From: Trueperaceae bacterium
GTDB lineage: Bacteria; Deinococcota; Deinococci; Deinococcales; Trueperaceae
Assembly: GCA_035703635.1 (NCBI GenBank)
Contig: DASSXV010000080.1
Span: 1 to 32,825, forward strand
Direction of reading: 5' to 3'
DNA length: 32,825 bases
Below the pieces are notes generated by a model. That model was given only the letters and a program-made list of their open reading frames with translations. It was not told the DNA's origin and did not search any database. Position numbers and translations under genes: made by a program. Shown one piece after another: positions 9,669 to 16,885 of the stretch (its first letter is position 1; each line of letters opens with the position of its first letter).

Positions 9669-10764
9669 AGTCGGCGGCCAGCGCGTCCGCCTCGGCGAAC
9701 ACGGCCGCTAACGCTTCCGGCCCGCTGCCAGGGAAGCACTGCGTCATGGACGGGAGCGCGCAGGCGCGCTGTAGCACGCGCTCCTTGGCGCCCGCTTCGC
9801 TCCAGTAGGCGCCGGCACCAAGGGCCGTTAGGGTCATGGGGCAGCCGAGGCGGCTGAAGAGGTCGGCGTGACGCGCCAACTCGTCAGCGCCGCGTCCTTC
9901 AAGCAGTAGTTGGGTGAGGATGCCGAACGCGAGGACCTCACCGTGCAACGAGCGTTTCACGCCTGGCAGCAGGGTGAGGGCGTTGTGCACTGCGTGCGCT
10001 GCCGCTAGCTTGGCGCCCTCGCCAGCCAAGGCGCCGATGAGCCCTGGCCACAGGACGTTCGCCTCGGCCACGAGCTGGCGCTTGCCGCAGTCCTGGTCCG
10101 AGTTCCGGAGCGCGAGGGGGCCGTCGGCGAAAATCAGTTGCTCGAGTTCGTCGCACAGGGCGAGTGCGGCGACGCCAGCCGCGCCAGCGCCACTCTGCCT
10201 TGCCAATCCGAAACGAACTTCGACCACCTTGGCGAGGGCGTCGACCAGACCTGCCGCCAGGTGGCGGTCAGGAGCGGCGGCCAGGACTGTCGGTTCGACG
10301 ACCGTGTAGGCCGGCGCGCGCCGCACGACGCGGCTGCCAAGGTAGGCCCCGTCTACGGTGTAGTCGACCACGACGGCGGTCGCGGCCGCGCACGTTGCCG
10401 GGCTCGTCGGCACGAGCACGGTAGCCGCCCCGCTCGCGTCCGCAGCGGCCTTGGTTGCGTCCATCACGCGCCCACCGCCTACGCCGATAAGCACGCTTGC
10501 GCCCACGGTCGCGCGTTGAATGGCGGTCACCGAAGCCTCAGAGCACGGGCCGTTCACCTTGAACCTCTCGGCCACGACGCCAGCTCTCTGCAGGCTCGCC
10601 TCGAGCGCAACGCCCACCAGCCCCATGCCGACGTCGCCATGCACGACGAAGACCCGCCGCTGCTGCGGCGCCGCCGCGGTCAGCCCTGCGACCGCGGCTC
10701 CGACGCCTGCGAGGGAGTGGGCGCCACTGAGGTAGCGGGCGGGCGCCAGCACCGAGAGGGTCAT
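9658..10764 (-). CDS. Iron-containing alcohol dehydrogenase / glycerol dehydrogenase family (HcxA/YbdH-like)
   Basis: GVGGGRVMDATK, PTSPATCAA, DALAKVVE, AHAVHNALT, HGEVLAFG. ATG 10764 overlaps the upstream stop (TGATG). Confidence 0.87.
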   Translation of the reverse strand: MTLSVLAPARYLSGAHSLAGVGAAVAGLTAAAPQQRRVFVVHGDVGMGLVGVALEASLQRAGVVAERFKVNGPCSEASVTAIQRATVGASVLIGVGGGRVMDATKAAADASGAATVLVPTSPATCAAATAVVVDYTVDGAYLGSRVVRRAPAYTVVEPTVLAAAPDRHLAAGLVDALAKVVEVRFGLARQSGAGAAGVAALALCDELEQLIFADGPLALRNSDQDCGKRQLVAEANVLWPGLIGALAGEGAKLAAAHAVHNALTLLPGVKRSLHGEVLAFGILTQLLLEGRGADELARHADLFSRLGCPMTLTALGAGAYWSEAGAKERVLQRACALPSMTQCFPGSGPEALAAVFAEADALAADFSR

Positions 10765-11885
10765 CAGGCGTTCTCTGACCCGGTCTCTTGGCTGACCGGC
10801 CTGCCTGGCCATACTCGAGAGAACACGCGCATGAAGTTGCCTCCCGCGATGCCGCGGATGTCCTCCTGCGAGTAGCCGCGGCCAGCGAGGAGGGCGTAGA
10901 CGTCTAGGATCTCCGGGTACCACGCGAAGCCATCGACGAAGCGCTCAGGCGCCCGCCAGTAGGTCGTTACGTGCTGGTTCATCTCAGTCATGACGGTCCG
11001 GTAGTGCGCCCCGTGCTGGTCGTGGTTGTGGCGTGGGTACGAGCCGAGGCTGAAGTCCGTGCCGATGCCGATGTTCTCCGTCGTGCCGAGGAGGTCGGCG
11101 AGGTAATCGATGTGGTCGAGGTAGTCGTTGACGGTTGGCCGCGCCGTCATGCCGTGCTTGAAGACGAGCGGACCCCAGTTGACGGTCCCGATCACGCCGC
11201 CCTTGGCCGCGACGGCCTTGATCTGCTCGTCGTCGACGTTGCGCGGGTTGTCTACGAGCGCTTTCGGGTTGGCGTGGCTGAAGACTGTCGGGTTGGCGCT
11301 CGCCTCGTTGATCTCGAGGCTCGAGCGCCGCGAAACGTGAGATAAGTCGAGGAGCACCCCGACGCGGTCGCACTCGGCGACTACGCTGCGCCCGACGCCA
11401 GAGAGGCCAGTGTCCGTCCGCTCGAGCACGCCGCCGCAGAGGAGGTTATCGCGGTTGTAGGCCGGAATGAGCATGCGCAGGCCGAGGCGCTGGAACGCTT
11501 CGACGCGCTCCGGTGCTGCACCTATGAACTCGCCGTCTTGCGAGGCCAGCAGGAGTGCCGCTTGCCCGAGCTGCTTGGCCTCGGTGATGTCGTCTACCGT
11601 GTACGCGATGCGCAGGTTCGGGTGCTCACGCACTGCGGCGTGCCAGCCCATCAGTTCCGTTATGGCCTGCCCGACGTCGATGTGCGTGTCCAGGGCGGTT
11701 ACGGCGTATACGTCGCAGCCGTGGCGGTGAGCGTATGCCAGGTCGGCGTCCGGCCAGATCTGCATGCAGCCGTCGACGAACACGTAAGGCTGTTCGCCTT
11801 CGATGAGCGGGTGGAAGCCGCGGTTCGGGCGCTCGTGCAGTGGATCGTGAGGTAGCGGCGATGAGGTGAGCGGTCGTTGAGGCAC
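10764..11885 (-). CDS. Membrane dipeptidase (peptidase M19, amidohydrolase fold), atypical metal ligands
   Basis: LGLRML..YNRDN, GLSGVG, LDLSH, FSHAN, RNVDDEQIK, IGIGTDF, GGNFMRVF; AAAGGA RBS. Confidence 0.88.
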   Translation of the reverse strand: MPQRPLTSSPLPHDPLHERPNRGFHPLIEGEQPYVFVDGCMQIWPDADLAYAHRHGCDVYAVTALDTHIDVGQAITELMGWHAAVREHPNLRIAYTVDDITEAKQLGQAALLLASQDGEFIGAAPERVEAFQRLGLRMLIPAYNRDNLLCGGVLERTDTGLSGVGRSVVAECDRVGVLLDLSHVSRRSSLEINEASANPTVFSHANPKALVDNPRNVDDEQIKAVAAKGGVIGTVNWGPLVFKHGMTARPTVNDYLDHIDYLADLLGTTENIGIGTDFSLGSYPRHNHDQHGAHYRTVMTEMNQHVTTYWRAPERFVDGFAWYPEILDVYALLAGRGYSQEDIRGIAGGNFMRVFSRVWPGRPVSQETGSENA

Positions 11886-11911
11886 TCTGTTGTTCCTTTC
11901 CGTGGCGCGGT

Positions 11912-11998
11912 TCAGTAACCGAACTCTGGGTGGCGCGCTGCCAACGCTTGCTGCATGGCGGTTGGAAGGGCGGCTGTGAGTAGCACTCCGACTGTCAC
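11912..11998 (-). other. 28-aa leader ORF or gene remnant (MTVGVLLTAALPTAMQQALAARHPEFGY)
   Basis: AAGGAG RBS, then GTG and 28 codons to TGA, inside the 5' region of the M19 operon. Confidence 0.4.
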
Positions 11999-12048
11999 GC
12001 TTGCTCCTTGCGGGCGGCGCGGCGCACGGTCGGCGTCGGCTCTAGCTA

Positions 12049-12071
12049 AGTGTACTGGCGTGCCGGTACGC
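12049..12071 (-). promoter_or_regulatory. Putative GntR operator, copy 2
   Basis: Minus strand reads GCGTACCGG-CACGCCAG-TACACT, 1 bp downstream of the -10. Confidence 0.7.
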
Positions 12072-12072
12072 A

Positions 12073-12101
12073 ACATTACGTGTGCGCCGAGCGGCAGTCA
12101 A
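12073..12101 (-). promoter_or_regulatory. Sigma70-type promoter of the M19 operon
   Basis: Minus strand TTGACT-17bp-TAATGT. Confidence 0.7.
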
Positions 12102-12167
12102 CTGCCCTTGCCGTCGCTGGATCGCCACACCAAGCGGTGGCAATCGGCGTGGTATGGTGCGGTGCCC

Positions 12168-12183
12168 TACCGACCGGCCGGTA
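12168..12183. promoter_or_regulatory. Putative TetR operator
   Basis: Near-perfect palindrome TACCGACCGGCCGGTA downstream of a TATGGT -10-like hexamer (12153-12158). Confidence 0.6.
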
Positions 12184-12221
12184 ACTTTTCACACCGGCGC
12201 CGGGCGGGCACGGAGGAATAG

Positions 12222-12620
12222 ATGATCGACTCGCTCTGGCTACCCCCAGCCGCCCACGTGGTGAGCGGCCTTGCCGTACTCATCACCACGCTGCTCGCCC
12301 TAGTGATAAGCGGCGTGCTCGCATGGCGCCGCAGGCCCTTCTCCCCCCTCGCGCGGGGGTTCTTCGTCCTCGCCCAGGTAGTGCTGATCATCCAGGCGCT
12401 CATGGGCATCAAGCTCCTCGATCAAGGGCTCGGACCGCTACAGCTCTACATCCATTACGTTGGCGGCCTCGGACCGCTGTTCTTCTTCCTCCTCTACTAC
12501 TGGCTGCCCACCAAGACGCGTGCGCAGCGCTGGACCGCCGTCACCGTCAGCGCTTCCGCGTTCCTCTTCGCCATCATGGCCTTCGGCATCGGCCAGAGCT
12601 ACGTCGCTGGAGGGGTCTAG
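12222..12620 (+). CDS. Hypothetical membrane protein (about 4 TM)
   Basis: GGAGG RBS; four hydrophobic segments; His residues at or near TM segments (AHVVSG, YIHYVGG). Confidence 0.75.
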   Translation: MIDSLWLPPAAHVVSGLAVLITTLLALVISGVLAWRRRPFSPLARGFFVLAQVVLIIQALMGIKLLDQGLGPLQLYIHYVGGLGPLFFFLLYYWLPTKTRAQRWTAVTVSASAFLFAIMAFGIGQSYVAGGV

Positions 12621-13184
12621 ACGGACGGCCCCGCAACTCCCAAGGAGCACCTCCTAGCGGTAGCCCTCCCGTTGTTCGTAGCCCGCGGCTACCAGGGCGC
12701 CTCGATGCGTGAAGTGGCGGAGGCCGCCGGAGTTTCAAAGGCGGCCATCTACCACCACTTCGCGGACAAGGAGACGCTCTTCCTCGCGCTGCTACTGGGG
12801 GCCGTCGCTCAGGCGGGCGACCTCGTCGACAGCGCGGCCGCCCTTGTCGGCCCGACCAGCGTCAAGCTTCACGCCCTCCTCACTGGGTTCAGCGCCCACC
12901 GCAACGACCAGCAGGCGGCCATGCGTCTGGCCGAACGCGAGGCCGTCCACTTGTCGGAGGCGGGGCGCACGCAGCTGTTCCAGGAGTACCGCACGCGCTT
13001 CACCGCGCCGATCGAGCGGCTCATGGCGGCGGGCCAGGCCACCGGCGACCTGCGGGCCGACGACCCACGTTGGCAGGCGAGCTCGCTGCTTCTCCTCGCC
13101 CAGGCACTCTTGGGGCCGAGTGAGCGCGGCGTTTCGGTCGACACCGTTCTGAACACCTTCCTGCACGGCGCGGGTGCAGGCTGA
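12621..13184 (+). CDS. TetR/AcrR family regulator (apparent ACG start)
   Basis: KEHLLAVALPLFVARGYQGASMREVAEAAGVSKAAIYHHF. Helix 1 begins upstream of the ORF-track TTG at 12672; GGAGG lies 7 nt before ACG 12621. Confidence 0.85.
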   Translation, partial: TDGPATPKEHLLAVALPLFVARGYQGASMREVAEAAGVSKAAIYHHFADKETLFLALLLGAVAQAGDLVDSAAALVGPTSVKLHALLTGFSAHRNDQQAAMRLAEREAVHLSEAGRTQLFQEYRTRFTAPIERLMAAGQATGDLRADDPRWQASSLLLLAQALLGPSERGVSVDTVLNTFLHGAGAG

Positions 13185-13229
13185 CGAGCGGCATTGCACG
13201 TTAGTGCCCCGGCGTGTGACAGTGCGGGC

Positions 13230-14450
13230 ATGTCAGATCCAGCCCAGCCCGAGCGCCTCAGCAGGGCCGCGCTCGAGCGGCGCGTCAAGCGCTGGCTGCT
13301 GCGCGCGCCGTTCGACTGCTACATACAAGTGACGCCGGGCCTCGAGGAGCTCCTCGTCGACGAGCTCCTCGCCGAGGGCCTCGCGCCTCACCGCGCGGCG
13401 TTGAACGTCTCCCACGGCGGTGTCGAGTTGCGCCTCGATCACGCCGACATCCTGCGCGCCAACCTCAGCCTACGCACCGCTAGTCGCGTGCTCCTACGCC
13501 TGGGCACCTTCCCGGCTGCCTCGCCAGAGATGCTCTACGACCGCGCTAGGCAGGTGCCGTGGGAGACGCAGATCGGCTTCTTGGAGCGCTACGCGTTGGC
13601 CATCACGGCGAGGAACTCCAAGCTCCAGGCTGGCGACGCGGTGGCCAACACCGTCGCCTCGGCCATCGCGCGCGAGTTGCGCCCACTTGGCCTCTACCCG
13701 AGATCGGCGGACGCCGCCGAGCTGACCTTCCACGTAAGGCTGCAAGACGACCGCTGCACGGTGAGCCTCGATACGAGCGGCCAGCACCTTCACCGCCGCG
13801 GCGTGCGCACTAACGTCCATACGGCGCCGGTGCGCGAGACGTTGGCTGCGGCCATGGCGCTCGAGGGGTTGGCGCGCACTGGCGGCACACCGGACGTCGT
13901 CATCGACCCGTTCTGCGGCAGCGGCACGCTACTCATCGAGGCAGTCGACGCTCTCACGCACTCGGCGCCTGGCAGGCAGCGCGAGTTCGCGTTCGAGCAC
14001 GCCGCTTGGTTCCGACCAGGGACGCTGCGAGAGGTGAGGCGCCGCAGCGAGGCGGGCGTCAAGCCACTCAGGACGCGCGTCATCGGCGTCGACAACGACG
14101 ATGACGCCCTCGCGGCCGCCAGGGCCAACGTCGCTGGGGCCGCGTACGCGGAGGTGACGCTGCAGCATGCCGACAGCACGCTCTTCGACTTCTCGAGCCT
14201 CGTAGCGCAGCGTGGACTGGCGCTTGCCAACTTGCCGTACGGGGTGCGCCTCGGTGACCGGAGGCAGGCCGCCGCGACGACCAACGCCTTCCTCGCCAAC
14301 CTCGCCGCCAGCGGTGCCCCCTGGGTGGTCGTCCTCCTCGTAGCCGACCCGGAGCCCGCGCTCAAGTGGCTGGAGGACGCACGTGTCACGCCGACGCGCA
14401 ACGGCGGCTTGCCAGTGACGATGGTCAGCGGCAACCTCGTTGCTGCCTGA
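13230..14450 (+). CDS. THUMP-domain class I SAM-dependent RNA methyltransferase (RlmL/YpsC-like)
   Basis: PGLEELL, ANLSLRTASRVL, LDTSGQHLHRRG, PVRETLAAAM, DPFCGSGTLLIEA, NLPYG. Confidence 0.9.
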   Translation: MSDPAQPERLSRAALERRVKRWLLRAPFDCYIQVTPGLEELLVDELLAEGLAPHRAALNVSHGGVELRLDHADILRANLSLRTASRVLLRLGTFPAASPEMLYDRARQVPWETQIGFLERYALAITARNSKLQAGDAVANTVASAIARELRPLGLYPRSADAAELTFHVRLQDDRCTVSLDTSGQHLHRRGVRTNVHTAPVRETLAAAMALEGLARTGGTPDVVIDPFCGSGTLLIEAVDALTHSAPGRQREFAFEHAAWFRPGTLREVRRRSEAGVKPLRTRVIGVDNDDDALAAARANVAGAAYAEVTLQHADSTLFDFSSLVAQRGLALANLPYGVRLGDRRQAAATTNAFLANLAASGAPWVVVLLVADPEPALKWLEDARVTPTRNGGLPVTMVSGNLVAA

Positions 14451-14503
14451 GGCCCACGGTCACCTAGGCCCTAAGCCAGCGACCGCTGATGTGCGGCAGC
14501 ATG

Positions 14504-14532
14504 TTGACACGCCGCCCCGCAAGCCATATCCT
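14504..14532 (+). promoter_or_regulatory. Sigma70-type promoter of lexA
   Basis: TTGACA-17bp-TATCCT. Confidence 0.8.
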
Positions 14533-14567
14533 CTCGTTACCCCCAGTTACTGAGGGTAACGAGAGGA
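14529..14567. promoter_or_regulatory. 39-bp inverted repeat, candidate LexA operator
   Basis: TCCTCTCGTTACCC-CCAGTTACTGA-GGGTAACGAGAGGA, with perfect 14-bp arms running from the -10 to the RBS. Confidence 0.7.
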
Positions 14568-14574
14568 GGCGCCA

Positions 14575-15207
14575 ATGCCGCCACGCCCAGTTCGCCAGCT
14601 GCAAGTCCTAGACGCGCTCCGCGCGGCCTACGAACGCACGGGCAGCACGCCTGAGTTAACGGCCCTGTCACGCACCCTCGGCATCAGTTATTCCACCCTG
14701 CGTGATCACCTCAGGGCCCTAGAGGCCAAGGGCGAGCTGCTCCTCAAGAGCCGCGGCCCTGGGCGCAGCCCGCACCTCACGCTACTCGGCGGCGGTTTCG
14801 GGGTGCCGCTCTACGGCGACATCGCCGCCGGCCTCCCAGTCGGCGCCTACCCAACGCCGGAAGGCCACCTGTCGCTACGCGGTCGTCCTGACCAGTTCGC
14901 ACTGCGCGTGCGTGGCGACTCCATGGCCGACCGCATCGAGGACGGCGACGTGGTCTTGCTCCACCACGCGGAACCGCAACGCCCAGGCGAGATCTGCGCC
15001 GTACGCGTAGGCGAGGACGAGACCACCCTCAAGTACCTCGACTGGTCAGCCGACGAGCAGCGCCCACGCACCTACCGCTTGCGGCCCCACAACCCAGCCT
15101 TCTCCGTAGTAACCGTTGCCGCCCAAGACCTGCATGTAGACGGGGTCTTCCGTGGCCTACTGCGCGGTGACATCGTGCAGGACCTGATCGTAGAAGGGAG
15201 TGAGTGA
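14575..15207 (+). CDS. lexA: LexA-family repressor (winged HTH plus S24 peptidase)
   Basis: HTH PELTALSRTLGISYSTLRDHLRALEAKG; Ala-Gly cleavage site IAAG; catalytic Ser (GDSM) and Lys (TLKY) intact. Confidence 0.88.
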   Translation: MPPRPVRQLQVLDALRAAYERTGSTPELTALSRTLGISYSTLRDHLRALEAKGELLLKSRGPGRSPHLTLLGGGFGVPLYGDIAAGLPVGAYPTPEGHLSLRGRPDQFALRVRGDSMADRIEDGDVVLLHHAEPQRPGEICAVRVGEDETTLKYLDWSADEQRPRTYRLRPHNPAFSVVTVAAQDLHVDGVFRGLLRGDIVQDLIVEGSE

Positions 15208-15335
15208 CCGAGCCACTTACTCGACCCGCCCAGAAACGAAGAAGGACACATCCGCCGCCGCCAAGCAAGAGGACGCGTCCTTCCGGTAGCCCAGAAGCGG
15301 TCTGCTAACGCGGACCACCTACCTAGGTGAGGCCA

Positions 15336-15521
15336 ATGCTAACACCCGCAACGACGACCGCTCCGCCCACCGGCGGCGCCCCCGCCGCCCACCGGCGGCG
15401 CCCACCCCGCCCAGGGCGCATGCCTGCCGCACGCCCACCAGCGCCCCTCCGGTCGCTCTTCCCCATCGCCGCCGTGCTCCTCAGTCGCCGCGCTCCACGC
15501 GAGGAGCAGCGCTCGTGCTAG
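15336..15521 (+). CDS. Possible small Pro/Arg-rich protein
   Basis: AGGTGAGG RBS before the ATG; the stop overlaps the start of the ImuY-like gene. No recognisable motif. Confidence 0.3.
   Translation: MLTPATTTAPPTGGAPAAHRRRPPRPGRMPAARPPAPLRSLFPIAAVLLSRRAPREEQRSC
15363..15403 (+). repeat. 19-bp direct repeat, period 22
   Basis: CCGCCCACCGGCGGCGCCC at 15363-15381 and 15385-15403. Confidence 0.8.
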
Positions 15522-16885
15522 CCGCCATCGAGTTCGGGCCGCTGCCCCTCTACCTCGCGCAGCGCGCAGAACCAGAACTCAAGCACGTACCGCTCGTCAT
15601 AGCTGGCGAGCAGCACGTGCTTCACGCCAACGCTGCCGCCAAGCGCCACGGCGTCACTTCAGGCATGCGCCTCGAGGGCGCCCGCATGCGCGTCGTCGGC
15701 CTGGAGGAGCGCTCCTTCCAGGAGCCGGACCTCGAGTACGCCTGGGGAACTCTCCTGCAGGAACTACACGGCCTAACGCCGTGGCTCGAGAGCGGCCCAC
15801 GTGGCCGCGTGTTCGCGCGCCTCGACCTGCACGAGGCCGAGGAGGTGACGCGCACGTACGACGTACGCGCCGGCCTGGCTGGCGACGTAGAAACGGCCGA
15901 GCTAGCCGCCCTTGCAGCCAGCCCAGGCGGCGTGCGCGAGGTGTCAGGCACGCAACTAGCAGGGTTCCTAGCGCGCCTGCCGCTTAGGTTCCTCAAGGGC
16001 ATTGGCGTGTCGGAGGCCAACCTCACGCGCCTCCACTGGCTCGGGTTGGCCACCGCGGCCGACCTAGCCAGTTGGAGCGCCCCTCAGATCCGCGCCTACC
16101 TGGGGGCAGAGGGCGCCACCATACTCGCCTACCTCCATGGACCGCGGCGCACCGAACTGCGGCCTTACCGTCTGCCCATCACCGTTCAGCGCTCCCTTGC
16201 GTTCCCAGAACCCGTCCGTGAACCGCACCAGCTTCTCCCTGCCATCGACCGGCTCGCCAGCGAACTCGAGCGCGCCCTCGCTGGCCGCGCGGCGCGGCGC
16301 CTCACCCTCACCGCTACCCTGCCTGGCACGCAGCGCCGTGCTAGTCGTCTGGCTAAGCGCCCCCTGCAGCAGGCGCGCCACATCCGCCAGCAGGCCCTCT
16401 TCGCGCTGCACGATAGCCGCGCCGAGGGGCGCCCGATCGAGCGCCTCACCCTAGAGCTCAGCTCACCCGAACGCACAGGCGCCCAGGACGGCATCTGGCC
16501 TCAACGAGAGCGGCGCGAGCAGGCGCTCGAGGCCACCCTCGAACGTTTCCCTTCCGCGCCGCGCCACCTCGTATGGCGTGACCCTCACGCGCAAGCCGCC
16601 GACTTAGCTTGGGCGTGGGAGGGGTACGTCGACGAGCGTGGGGCGTACGTAAGCGCCGACCTGGCCGCTCGCGCACCAGCGCAAGGCACCACCAAAGCGC
16701 GGGCCAAGCGGCCCGCCCCTCCAGAGCAGGCGGCCGCCGTGACCGCCGCCGCCGTGCCGCTCTTCACGGCGCCCGCGCTGGTTGGCGCAGCGCCAACGGC
16801 GGCCGCGCAGACCAAAGCGCCTCACGCCGCTGCCGCGTCGGTGGCGCCACGCTCACGAGCGGCCGAGCGCCAACAACACCAGTAG
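15515..16885 (+). CDS. Y-family DNA polymerase-like protein (ImuY/ImuB-like, probably catalytically inactive)
   Basis: PLVI..VLHANAAAKRHGVTSGMRL (Y-family fingers), LPLRFLKGIG (HhH thumb), little-finger region, QDGIW clamp-motif-like sequence. Canonical DxD and SxDE motifs are absent. GAGGAG RBS. Confidence 0.82.
   Translation: MLAAIEFGPLPLYLAQRAEPELKHVPLVIAGEQHVLHANAAAKRHGVTSGMRLEGARMRVVGLEERSFQEPDLEYAWGTLLQELHGLTPWLESGPRGRVFARLDLHEAEEVTRTYDVRAGLAGDVETAELAALAASPGGVREVSGTQLAGFLARLPLRFLKGIGVSEANLTRLHWLGLATAADLASWSAPQIRAYLGAEGATILAYLHGPRRTELRPYRLPITVQRSLAFPEPVREPHQLLPAIDRLASELERALAGRAARRLTLTATLPGTQRRASRLAKRPLQQARHIRQQALFALHDSRAEGRPIERLTLELSSPERTGAQDGIWPQRERREQALEATLERFPSAPRHLVWRDPHAQAADLAWAWEGYVDERGAYVSADLAARAPAQGTTKARAKRPAPPEQAAAVTAAAVPLFTAPALVGAAPTAAAQTKAPHAAAASVAPRSRAAERQQHQ

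Noticed and set aside
10765..10923. N-terminal extension of the dehydrogenase ORF
   Set aside because: It lies inside the M19 gene; TGATG coupling gives the start at 10764.
14529..14567. Palindrome as a terminator for the methyltransferase, a CRISPR repeat or an IS end
   Set aside because: There is no U-tract, only one copy in the window, and no cas or transposase gene; it overlaps a promoter.
14575..15207. S24 repressor as a prophage CI
   Set aside because: No phage or integrase genes nearby; the adjacent Y-family-like gene points to an SOS cassette.
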